Source: the human T2T-CHM13v2.0 reference genome, Homo sapiens
Assembly (NCBI RefSeq): GCF_009914755.1
Contig: NC_060936.1
Direction: 5' to 3' (one strand)
Length of the DNA stretch: 64,000 nucleotides
Shown: positions 12,760 to 25,076 of the stretch, piece by piece
Layout: the number at the start of each line of letters is the position of its first letter
Position numbering within the stretch: position 1 is the stretch's first letter
Notes under the pieces: model-generated
What the model was told of the DNA's origin: nothing
Database searches by the model: none
What the model saw: the letters and a program-made list of their open reading frames with translations, nothing else
Made by a program: the position numbers and the translations under genes

Positions 12760-13072
12760 AATAGACATTATTCTTCATTAAAGCTGGTCTAATACAGAAT
12801 TCATTTAGATTTTGTAAGTATTTATTAAGTTTCTAGTATCCACTTAGTAGAAAGTGGATAGTAGATTGTGCTAGCTGTATGGTCAATATAATGATGGTTA
12901 GTGAGGCAGGCATGGCTCTCAAAGAGTATGTAGTTCATTAGGATGGGGGTTGTCTCCCCATGAAGGGCAGGCACATAAAAAAATTTCTCGTTGATTCAGG
13001 CCCAGTGTCTTCTTCAGTTAGCTTTTTAAGACTTGTACCTTAGTCTCTTCCTTCATTTTCTACTATTGCTGA

Positions 13073-13428
<356 letters not shown>

Positions 13429-16400
13429 AGATAACACAGTTTCTTTTTCTCTGTTTCTTCAGCAACGTGCAGACACATTGGTGTACAGATGCTTCATTCG
13501 CTAATGCCTCAGATGGTTGTTTCTCAAACAGGAATCCTACTACTCCGTGGCTTCTCACTTTTAGCTTTTCCTAATATTTCCTAATAGCTTTCTCAAATCT
13601 CTCCTGCCTTGGTCCTTTCCTTCCACATTTTATTCAGTTGGACTCTGACTCCTGTCTGATTTGCCAGTGTAGATGGGGTGGGGAATTACCTGCATAGGCA
13701 TAGCTGGTGGTGTCTTAGGGGTGTCAGCTGCACAGAGCAGAGTGTGTGAGGGAAGGATAACTCGTGTCCCTGGTTGCAGAGTCTGAGTGATCCCCGCAGT
13801 AAACTAATGTAGGATATATTTGGATGTCCAGGTCAGCAGAGTGAAAGTAAACAGTCCAGGGTCTGTGCTAGGATTGAGTGTGGCCACAGATAGCACGGAA
13901 CATGATAACGGTGGCTTAAATTGTTTTTTCTTGTGTAAGAAGGAACTCTGAGGTGTAGCCAGTCACCGCTGTTGGCTCATCATTAGTGTCAGGATTGGGG
14001 CCGCTCTTGGCATTTCTCTCGTGGTTACAAGATGGCTGCCACAGCTCCAGTCATGTTTATATTCAGAATAGGAAGAAAAGCAATGAAGGTGCCATTTCGT
14101 ATTGAAGGAAATAGTTTAACAGGGCTAGGTAGGATTTTGACTGGGAAAGAAAGGACGTAGAGAACTACAAACTTGATAAGGTAGAAACTGCAAAACAATA
14201 GCTGGTCTGATGTAGAGGCAGAAGTGCATAGCAGTTAAAAGCCTGGACTTTGAGTTAGAAAAACATGGATTCATGACACTTACAAGCTGTTGTCTTAATG
14301 TGTTCCTTAGTCTCTATAAAGTCTTCTTTTCTTAATTGGTAACAGGAGTATCTGCTTTTTAAGGTATTGTGAAGATCAAATTAGGGAAGTTTTAAGGTGA
14401 AGCCAAGCACTTAGTAATTTTCAGAAAGGGAGACTTATTCTGTTCCTCCTCCTTCTCTTACTGTTGTATGGTTGTCAATCAGAATGAACTAGAATCTAAG
14501 ATGCTTTTGGGTGAGTAGCAGAAGAGAACAATGGAATATTGGATTAAATTCAGCCCCTGGAGAGTGGAAATCCTAGGGTTTTATTCTTTTAGCAGGTTTT
14601 GTGATGAAAATGTCACCATCAAACCAGTCTTAACTGTTCATCCTATATACAATACTTTTTAGATCTTTATACTTTAAATTTTTCATCATCTTTAGTTTCC
14701 ATGTATTAAATACAAAAAATTGGGCCAAGTCAACCCAGAAAACCTCTTCTCAAGAGTAAATTTATGATATTTGTGACAAACAACCAAATAAACAGATCTC
14801 CAGCATATGTTGACACTGTTCACTGTCTCTAACCCAGTTTCCCAAATGCCTTTTTACTTTGTAGGTTATCATTGTGAATCTCATTTTCCATTTTGGTAAT
14901 AAATTTAACAGCTGAATTTTTTTCTCACTAAGGTTTTATATTTTTAAGTTATCCATGTATTCATTTTGGATTTTGACATTTAATAACCTTCCTGAAATAC
15001 ATGGGAGAAATTATATCTACAATGTAGAAGACTCTAACATGTACTCTAAGGGGAGGAAATAAATGCCACACTCAAAGCAATTATACAGGAAGTATTAAAG
15101 ATATTAAATATGTATCAAAAATTTAAAATGCAGGTTTAAAAGAAAGTAGGTAAAAACCCTAACTTTGGCAGTATACATGTTAAGAAACTATTTATATTGT
15201 TTTCTGCTGAGCAGAAATCTAAAAACAAATGGCCTTTAAATCAGACCTATTAGTTTTGTAATAGGAAGTTCTGTGAGAGACAGATAAAACCTCTGTATTA
15301 AGTGTGCAGTATAACCTATTCATCTGAAATATACATGATTACTGTATGGTTGTGTGTTATTTCCATTTAAGAGTTTTAGTAAAGGAAGCCAAGCCCTTCT
15401 GCTGTGAGGGAAATATAGCATGTGAGCATATATATTCGTGGGCAAGGCAGTGCCTTGAAAACAAGTGTGTGGCATCCAGGGAGATCCTAGATGAGTTCTA
15501 GTTCATATGCAGAGTGGATCCAGGTTGCGTGCATGCTTAGTATTAATGCATGACTTCTGCAGAGTCTAGGTCAGGACCATTCTTCCTGCCCCCTTCACAA
15601 CCTTCTCCTTGCTTTCTCCTTGCCTCATGTGTCTTCAGGAATTTGTGAATGATTCTGATATCCCAGTGATATAAAACATGATCTGGCAAAATTTGATGGT
15701 GACCTTTTCTGCTTGTACCTTTACTCATAGATGAGGTTTTCCGAGTTCTGCTGCTTTCCCCTTTGCCAGCATATACTGCTTTTGTTGAGGAATCAAGGTC
15801 TCCGGTGGTCGCCAAGTGAAAAGGAATAAAGATAAAAATGAAGGCGTGACTAGTTGAAAAATAGAGACAGAATTTTAATGTGAAAATTGTTTATGAACAG
15901 AAGGAGAGAGGCTGCATTGTCTCTATAAGTGGTTAGTAAGTGGAGACTGCAGTCACCTAGATGGCCAACCCCAGGGTTCCATATAGTAAATGCTTTCCAT
16001 TCAGGGCTGTTTGAAAGTTCACCTGTCTATGGATCTGCTAATGGGAAGCACATACGTCTCCAGGTACAGTGAAATAATCACTTGGAGATAAGACTCCCCA
16101 CAGAAAAATTAACACAACTTCTTTTATGAAAGACAGGTCACTGTAAAAAGAAACTCTACCCACTTATCATCAATTGTTGAAAAAAAAGATTTATGATGAC
16201 ATTGAGGTATGATAATCTCAAATACGTTCTGCATTGTTTTTAAAAGCTTTGTGTTTAAAATTCATAGCACTTTCTAATCCTGATAAAGTAGCCTAATTTT
16301 CTAGCTTGCTTTGTTCAGTAAAATGTATTTCTAAATCCATTTTAAGCAGCTATTTCTTCAATTTGAGTAATTTTCTCTCAAGTTAATAGATTCCACACAA

Positions 16401-16575
16401 GCATACCTGACTTTTAATGTTAATATATACTATATATTCCAAACTTGCTAGTGACAGTAGAAAGCACAATCAAAAGGAAATTCAGTTGTTTAAAGCATAT
16501 CTGGCTTATTTTGTTAAAATGTTTCTTCATTTTACTCATCTTTGCCAAAGCATAGTGATACCAAATCATATTTTA

Positions 16576-16803
16576 CAGGTTGAATATCCCTTATCTTAAA
16601 TGCTTGGAACCAGAAGTGTTTTGGATTTTGGATTTTTTCAGATTTCGGAATATTTGCATATGCTTACCCTAACCTGGTTGAGCATCCCAAATCCAAAAAT
16701 CTGAAATGTGAAATGCTCCAGTGATCATTTCTTTTGAGTATTGTATCAACGGAGTTTCGATTTTGGAGCATTTCAGACGTTCAGATTTGGGATGCTCTAC
16801 TTG
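16576..16803. mobile_element. Tigger4/MER46 (Zombi) TcMar-Tigger MITE
   Basis: TA|caggttgaatatccc...gggatgctctacttg|TA imperfect TIRs with TA TSD; internal ggatttt/aaatcc repeats. Confidence 0.8.
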
Positions 16804-18039
16804 TACCTTGCTTGTATTGAGGTTCCATTTCCCCCTTCCCTCTCAGCAAAAGTAAAAGAAAAGAGAATGTGTTAGATACGATTTTGTCATTTTAACATGA
16901 GATGACTTTAAAACTAATCAATGAAAGGCATTTGCCTAACATAGCAAATCCCTTCATCAATAAGGTCAGCTATAGGAACTGGCCAAGAAGGAAAAATATT
17001 TTGATTTTGAGGCATTTGGCATGGGTAATTGTATTTACGGATAGATGTTTTCATTTTATACTGAGTCTAAAATACCTTAATATTTTGTTCAAACTATTAT
17101 ACCTATATAATAATAATGCCTGTGGATATTTCTGGCATTTTCTTTTGTTTACAGGGTACTGGCCTAATTGCCATGAGTCTCATTTTTTTTCTTCTCAGCA
17201 ATGCCACTGGCTCTCTAAAAAACAGAGGATAATGTGATAGAGACAGATAAAGAATTTTTCTAAATTAGGCAATCAAACCAAGAAAAAACACATAAAACAT
17301 GCATAACTAAGTCAGTGTTTCCTCAAAAGGGGCAGAGTTTGGTAAAGAAAAGCCTTGTCTTGTACACTGCTGTGTATGCACTTTATAGAAAAGTACTAGC
17401 ATAGAGTGGGTGCTCAGTAAGTGTTAGTTAAATGGATGTTGAAGGGTTGGGAAAGAGAGGAGTTGAGTTGAGCACAGAGATGTGATACAAGTCCTACACA
17501 GTCATGAGTTTATAAGTGTAGTTTTAGAGTTACTCCTGTGTATTTGAAAACTGAAAGCAAAGCCAGTTCCAGAACAGGATTAAGGGGCCAGCCAGCTGGG
17601 CAGTTTCCCAGTGTGCTAATCTCTAAGAGACATTGAAACCACTGAAAATACTCATGACAGAGGAAACTGTATTTCCTAGAATTTCTCTACTGTCTGTCAT
17701 TGGGATTAGACATAAGGCATTCCAGGGCTGTGCTCCCCTGTCCCTTAAAGAGATATTCTGTTTTTTTCTAAGGAGGGCAGGTTGAGTTACTTACAGATCT
17801 TTTGCATTGCTGAGTGAAATATTCAAATTTGGGAGCAGAGCCGAGTTGTTTAGACAAGAGAGAATAGTCAAGTGCTGTCACAGGGGATCTTCTTATTCTA
17901 TTCTACCTCTAGGCAGAATTAAGCCTTTTTTCTCAATAAATTTTAAACCAACATTTTAAAGATATTGGTGTAAAATGGTGTCAAATTGTTAACCTACAGA
18001 GTGATTACATGTTTTGGTGTCTCATTGAAGCTCTGTAAA

Positions 18040-18303
18040 AATGCTGTTGAACAGATATATTTAATTTAAAAATTTTTAATAACCACATTAATTAAATGAA
18101 GAGAAACAGGTGAAACAGTAATTATATTTTATTTAATAAATCTGCAATATATCATTTTAATGTGTAGTGAATATAAAAATTATTGAGATTTATTACATTG
18201 TATTTTTTTGTATTAGTTCCTCAAATCCCCGTACTTCAGTTTAAACTAGCCACATTTCAAGTGCTCAGTAGCTACATATGGTGTGTAACTATCATATTGG
18301 ACT
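18040..18303. mobile_element. MER3/MER33-type hAT-Charlie element
   Basis: 'actagccacatttcaagtgctcagtagctacatatgg...tatcatattggac' terminus. Confidence 0.7.
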
Positions 18304-18536
18304 ATGACGTGCAGCCCTAGACAAATCAGTAGAGTCAGTGACTCCCAGTTGGCATCATTGAGCTGGTCCTAAAAGGTCCTTTAACCAGAATTCTCTCTTT
18401 GGCCAGTGTGAAATTTCCAGTGTTGATACCAGTCTTTAAAAATCATTTTAAAGAACCATAATTATGAATGTGTTGAAGTATTTTTCTTCAGTAGTAATGC
18501 TTAGTTTAATGTGTGACTGCACATGCTGTTCATTTG

Positions 18537-20893
18537 TGATATGGTTATGCTTTGTATCCCCACCCAAATGTCATCTTGAATTGTAATCCCCATAATCCCC
18601 ACATGTTAAAGGTGAGACCAGGTGGAGGTAATTGAATCATGAGGGCAGTTTCCCCCATGTTGTTCTTACCATAATGAGTGAGTTCTTAGGAGATCTGATG
18701 GTTTTATAAGGAGTTCTCCTACCTTTGCTCGGCACTTCTTGCTGCTGCCTTGTGAAGAAGGTGCCTCACTACCCCTTCACCTTCTGCCATGATTGTAAGT
18801 TTCCTGAGGCCTCCCCAGCCATGCTGAACTGTGAGTCAGTTAAACTTCTTTCCTTTATAAATTACCTAGTCTCAGGCAGTTCTTCATAGCATTATGAACA
18901 TGGATTAATACAGTAAATTGGTACCGAGGTAGTGGGACACTGCTATAAGGATACCCGAAAATGCGGAAGCAACTTTGGAACTGGTTAACAGGAAGAGGTT
19001 GGAACAGTTTGGAGGGCTCAGAAGAAGACAGGAAGATGTGGGAAAATTTGGAACTTCCTAGAGACTTGTTGAATGGTTTTGACCAGAATGCTGATAGTGA
19101 TTTGGACAATGAAGTCCAGGCTGAAGTGGTCTCAGGTGGAGATCAGGAACTTGTAGAGGACTGGAGCAAAGGTCACTCTTGCTGTGCTTTAGCAAAGAGA
19201 CTGGTGGCACTTTGCCCCTGCCCTAAAGATCTGCGGAACTTTGAACTTGAGAGAGGTGATTTAGGGTATTTGGCAGAATAAATTTCTAAGCAGAAAAGTG
19301 TTCAAGAGGTGACTGGGTGTTCTTAAAAGCATTCAGATGTATGCCTTCACAAGGAGATCATTTGGAATTGGAACTTAGTTTAAAAGGGAAGCAGAGCATA
19401 AAAGTTTAGAAAATTTGCAGCCTGATGATGTGATAGAAAAAAACCCACTTTCTGAGGAGAAATTCAAGCCAGATGCAGAAATTTGCATAAGTAACGAGGA
19501 GCCAAATGTTAATCACCAAGACAGTGGGGGAAATGTCTCCAGGGCATGTCAGAGATCTTCATGGCAGTCTCTCCCATCACAGGCCAGAGGTCTAGAAGGA
19601 AAACATGGTTTTGTGGGCCAGGCCTAGGGCCTTGCTACTTTGTATAGTCTCAGGACTTGGTGCCCTGCATCCCGGCCGTGGCTAAAAGAAGCCAATGTAC
19701 AGCTCAGGCCATTGCTTCAGAGAGTGTAAGCTCCAAGCCTTGGTGGCTTCCACATGGTGTTGGTCCTGCAGGTGCACAGAAGTCAAGAATTGAGGTTTGG
19801 AAACCACCACCTAGGTTTCAGAGGATGTATGGAATCGCCTGGATGTCCTGGCAGAAGTTTACTGCAGAGGGGAGCCCTCGTGGAGAACCTCTGCTAGGGC
19901 AGTGTGGAAGGGAAATGTGGGGTTGGAGTCTCCACACAGAGTCCCCACTGGGGCACTGCCTAGTGGAGCTGTGAGAAGAGGGCAACCGTCCTCCAGACCC
20001 CAGAATGGTAGATCCACCAACAGCTTGCACCGTGGGCTTGGAAAAGCCACAGACACTCAATGCTAGCCCGTGAAAGCAGCCAGGAGGGGTACTGTACCCT
20101 GCAAAGCCACAGGGGTGGAGCTGCCCAAGACCATTGGAACCCACCTCTGCATCAGCGTGACCTTGATATGAGACATGGAGTCAAAGGAGATCTTTTTGTA
20201 GCTTTAAGATTTGACTGCCCTCCTGGATTTCAGACTTGCATGGGGCCTGTAGCCACTTCATTTTGGCCAATTTCTCCCATTTAGAACAATTGTATTTACA
20301 ATGCCTGTACCCCAGTTGTTTCTAGGAAGTAACTAACTTGCTTTTGGTTTTACTGGCTTATAGGTGGATGGGACTTGCCTTGTCTCAGATGAGACTTTGG
20401 ACTTGGACTTTTGGGTTAAAACTGGAATGAATTAAAACTTCGGGGGACTGTCGAGAAGGCATGATTGGTTTTGAAATGTGAGAGGGACATGAGACTTGGG
20501 AAGGGCCAGGGGCAGAATGATAGGGTTAGGCTTTGTATCCCCACCCAAATCTCATCTTGAATTGTAATCCCCATAATTCCCACATGTCAAGGAAGAGACC
20601 AGGTGGAGGTAATTGAATAATGGGGGTGGTTTCACCTATGCTGTTCTTGTGACAGGAAGTTCTCACGAGATCTGATGGTTTTATAAGTGGCTCGTTACCC
20701 CTTCACTTGGCACATCTCCTTCTTGTCCCTTTGTGAAGAAGGTGCCTAGCTTCCTTTTCATCTTCTGTCATGATTGCAAGTTTCCAGAGGCCTCCCCAGC
20801 CATGCTGAACTGTGAGTCAATTAACACCCTTTCCTTTATAAATTACCCAGTCTTGGGCAGTTCTTTATAGAGGTATGAAAACGGACTAATACA
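18537..20893 (+). mobile_element. Full-length THE1D-like MaLR provirus: 5'LTR 18537-18912, internal 18913-20517, 3'LTR 20518-20893
   Basis: Two ~376-bp LTRs (TGATA...TAATACA), THE1-int sequence between them, 5-bp TSD ATTTG (18532-18536, 20894-20898). Confidence 0.93.
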
Positions 20894-21204
20894 ATTTGGT
20901 CAACCTTATCTATGGAGTGAAGTATCATCAATAGATAACTATCTATTTAAACCAATGACGGGTTACATCTTGTTGATTAGAGAGGAGGCCTGGATTATGG
21001 ATGTCATATTTGGCAGCTAATGGGAAACCATGTCCAGAGAAGATGAGGAACAACTTTAAAATATAAATTCAGGGAAAAGAGTAAAGGTACAAATTGATTA
21101 TATGTGTTTGCCATTTGTCAGCTAATGATACTTTTCCTTGTAGTTACTTTTACTAGGCAATTTTTTTTCCTCCTTTCTCCCTCATGAACTCACTTGCTGT
21201 GTTC

Positions 21205-21315
21205 CTTTTTTTAAATTGAGATATAATTTATGTACAATAAAGTTTACCCTTTAAACTGAAGTTATGGTGAACCCTCTTCAGGCGGTTTTAGTATTCTCAC
21301 AAAGTTGTGCAGCCA
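21205..21315 (-). mobile_element. L1M 3' end fragment, truncated at the local duplication
   Basis: ttttttaaattgagatataattta...ttttagtattctcacaaagttgtgcagccatc. Confidence 0.65.
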
Positions 21316-21325
21316 TCTCTTTGCT

Positions 21326-21498
21326 CCCTTTCTCACATGGGTAGCTAATTATCCTTGGATCATGTAAGCATGTCTTTGTGGAATCATAGTCTGCAGATTT
21401 AGTATTAGTATCAAATTGATATCTCTAAAGGGGCTTTCTGCTTCCATATTTACTCTGGCCAGTGCTTCAACCATAACACTGGATCTTTATTATATTGC
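21326..21498 (+). repeat. 173-bp local direct duplication, copy 1
   Basis: 164/173 identical to 22719-22891 (hand alignment, no gaps). Confidence 0.92.
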
Positions 21499-21793
21499 TC
21501 CAAATCAGAGCCTTTGTTTTAATTACAAATCTTCTAGGGCTCCCTTCACATAACTCTCCTTCCTTGACAGACATACTCAGAAAAGGGGAGGGGAAGGGGA
21601 GAAGTGCAGCATTATTTTGGAGAACCCATATTTGAATTGTTCTCTATGTAGATATTTAAAAACACCCTCAGGAGAACTAATACAATATTAAAAATTAGAG
21701 AAGTGGTCTTGTAAACACTTGAATTAAATAACCCTTTCTTTTTTCCAAATGCGTTAAAACCCAAAACCTTACAGTTGTTTGAAAGATTAAACA

Positions 21794-22120
<327 letters not shown>

Positions 22121-22718
22121 CTAAAAATAGAAGTTATGTACTTTGATTAGTAACTTATTTCTGGCATTACTACAGTTCATTTTGAACACCTTAAGTTTTA
22201 AAAGGAAAGGGAACATCTGACTTACTGGACATACTCAAGGACTTTTGTTTCAATCAGGTGCTTGTTTCGATCAGGTGCGTCTACCAGTATTTTGAAGGGT
22301 TTGCATAATTATGCAGAATCTTCTCCTAGTCAGTAACCAAGGATTATACAGTCAGAGTCCCCACTTTGTATTCCACTTAAATCATACTGTTTTGCATTAT
22401 TTTAAATGGTTGCAACTTTATTTTTATTGAGGGGAAGGCATCCGGAAGAAATGTGGTTATCATAAGATCATCTTTCCTTTGGGGCATTGGAGATATTTTC
22501 CAACCCTAAAATTGTGATTTCTTTCTGACTGCCATTATGCTTAAACAAGCATCATTGCTTAGTTATCGTGTTCTATTGCATTGCTAACGTGATGGACTGG
22601 ACCGACAGAGAATTACTCTGTAGCTCACTATTCAGATTGGAAGAAAGCACTGGAAAGAGCAGGTGTTTGAATTTTTCATTTTTCTTCTTATGCTTTTCTT
22701 TCTCTCTTTCTCTTTACC

Positions 22719-22891
22719 CCCTTTCTCACATGGGTAGCTAATTATCCTTGGATCATGTAAGCATGTCTTTGTGGAATCACAGTCTCCAGATTTAGTATTA
22801 GTATCACATTGATACCTCCAGAGGGGCTTTCTGCTTCCATATGTACTCTGGCCAGTGCTTCAACCGTAACACTGCATCTTTATTATATTGC
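22719..22891 (+). repeat. 173-bp local direct duplication, copy 2
   Basis: See copy 1. Confidence 0.92.
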
Positions 22892-25076
22892 CCTAAGTGA
22901 TTTCCAAACCTATGTTGAACAAAAGAATACAATATTGAAGACTTTTAATTTGAGGGCTTATATCTTTGCATACCCTGCTTAATTTTTTTCCAAGTGTCCC
23001 ATTGCAGATTGCAAGTATAAGTTAGTGTCGGAATTACCATACGAAACTCTCTTTCTAACTTTAATCGGTAATTTCTCAGCAATAGAAAACATGATGCTAA
23101 TGAATAATGTACCCAAAAGCTCTTATTATAGGGTTGGTATGAATTCCACTTAATGACAAGCTTTCTCAAGCAGCAGTTGATTTGAAATCCTACTTTTCAT
23201 TAGTGAAGTATAAAATGTTAATAATACCTTCCACTGTGCTGTTCTTTTGTAGCATAGCAGCATATATCTTCCCTGTTCACCATGGACTCTTTTTAAGATC
23301 TTACTAGTAACTTCCTATAACATAAATAAGATTTGTTCAAGAAATAAAAATGTGTGTTTTCCCATTGTTAGCTATATGTTTTTCTAATAATCACATCCGA
23401 AGCTTATTATACAGTAGTAGCCTTAAGATATTATTTTTTTAAATATACTACTTTGGTCTTAATACTAGTTTTTAATCTCTTCTTGTTTCTATGAAGTCTG
23501 AATGAGATTTTCAAAATTGAATAATAATTTGATCCGTTAATCTTTTGAAGCTAGTAATTTTATTTTCCTCTCTTTGCAGTCTCTGAGGTTCGCAAATGAA
23601 TAGAGCTTCATTATTGCAGTCTGCATTTAATAACCATTATCCATTATCTTGTAATTAAGACTCCCTGTAACGAATCATGAGGACAATGCAAAAATACATA
23701 GTACATTTCTTTAATGAACTGGAAAATGTTCATCTTGTTCTATTTAGTAATGAGTTGCTGAATAGTCATTAAATCCACTGGAGAATAGAGCTAGATGGAT
23801 TTTGAAGACTGTCTTGAGTTTGTGGTTAATCTATTAGAATTAAAATTTCATCTTCTATTTTTATCAACAGCTGATTAGAAGTCATTCTGTTTGACCAAAT
23901 TGATTAGAAGACCATATACAAGGGCAGCTGTTGTTTAATGAAAGTTTTTAATGAAACTGTACCATGGAGACTTGTAATTATAGTCCTTAGAAAAGCTTTG
24001 AGTTGCCTTAGACCACAAAAATAGTATTGTGCTAAAGATTTCAAATTAGGAAAATAAAAAATACAATTTAATATAATACTATAAATTTATTATTAATTTT
24101 AATTTCAACTAATCACAGTTGAATATTAGTCTACTTAGTGTGTTCCTTTTGACTTTTTCAGCCCTTTCATCTCTTAGTTTAGTCATTTAGTTGAAATTGT
24201 GGGCACTGATGAAAGAACATTTATAGGGATAGCTATTGTAATTTGAGATATTTTCTCATAAGATTTTTGTCCCCAAGCTGAGCAGAGGTAAGCTTGGCTA
24301 ATGTTAGATTTATGTGAGCTCTGAAGAGAGTCTGTAGTGCTGTGTGGTGTTGGTAATTCAAAATGTAGCATTTATTTCTCTAAAGTAATTTCGTTTTAGC
24401 AGAAGGGCAAAGGAAGCAATGTTAAAATGAGAAGTAAAACAAAAGTGTGTCCTACTTAGTCCCATTGGAAAATCCATTTTTCTTTTGACAGCAGTAAAGT
24501 AATGATGTACTTTCTAAAATATTTTGTGTAATTAAAGCTAGGTCTTATTCCTCACTTAAAAAATAGCCAGTGTCTGCATGCCTGAACTATTTTTAATATC
24601 TTGTGGTCTCTGACTCTCAATTGTCCTTTCTCAACACATCCAATACAGACACTAAATTTAGCATCTTAAAACACTGATTTCATGTGATCAGACCTCACAT
24701 TACCTAAAGAACAGAGCCCAATGTCTGTGGGTTCAAAGCTCTCTATAATATTTTCCTAAGGGATATTTACAGTCACATCTTCTAAAACATACATTCATAT
24801 ATCTGTGTATATGTCCCTCCTCCCACCTCACCTCCAACACAGACTTCTTAGATGTATTCTTTCATTATTTGGTATGCCATATACTTTCTTTGCTTTTGGT
24901 GTTTCTTTTTATGGTGGTGTTCTTCCATGTGTGCCCTCTCATCTTTAAATTTTGTCTCTCCTTGAAGGTCTGTAACACATTCCATCTGTTCCATGAAGCC
25001 TTCCCGTATTATTCTAGCTAAAGTTATTTCTCTGATCCTTTGTAATTCTTATTGATCATAATACTTACTGGGCATA

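Noticed and set aside
17136-17240. Acceptor-like ttttcttttgtttacag (and another at ~23560-23579) as alternative DERA exons
   Set aside because: No convincing paired donor or coding similarity; such tracts are common in long introns.
18855-20284. ORFs in THE1-int (e.g. 18961-19281)
   Set aside because: Fragmented remnants of the MaLR internal ORF and antisense frames; not intact.
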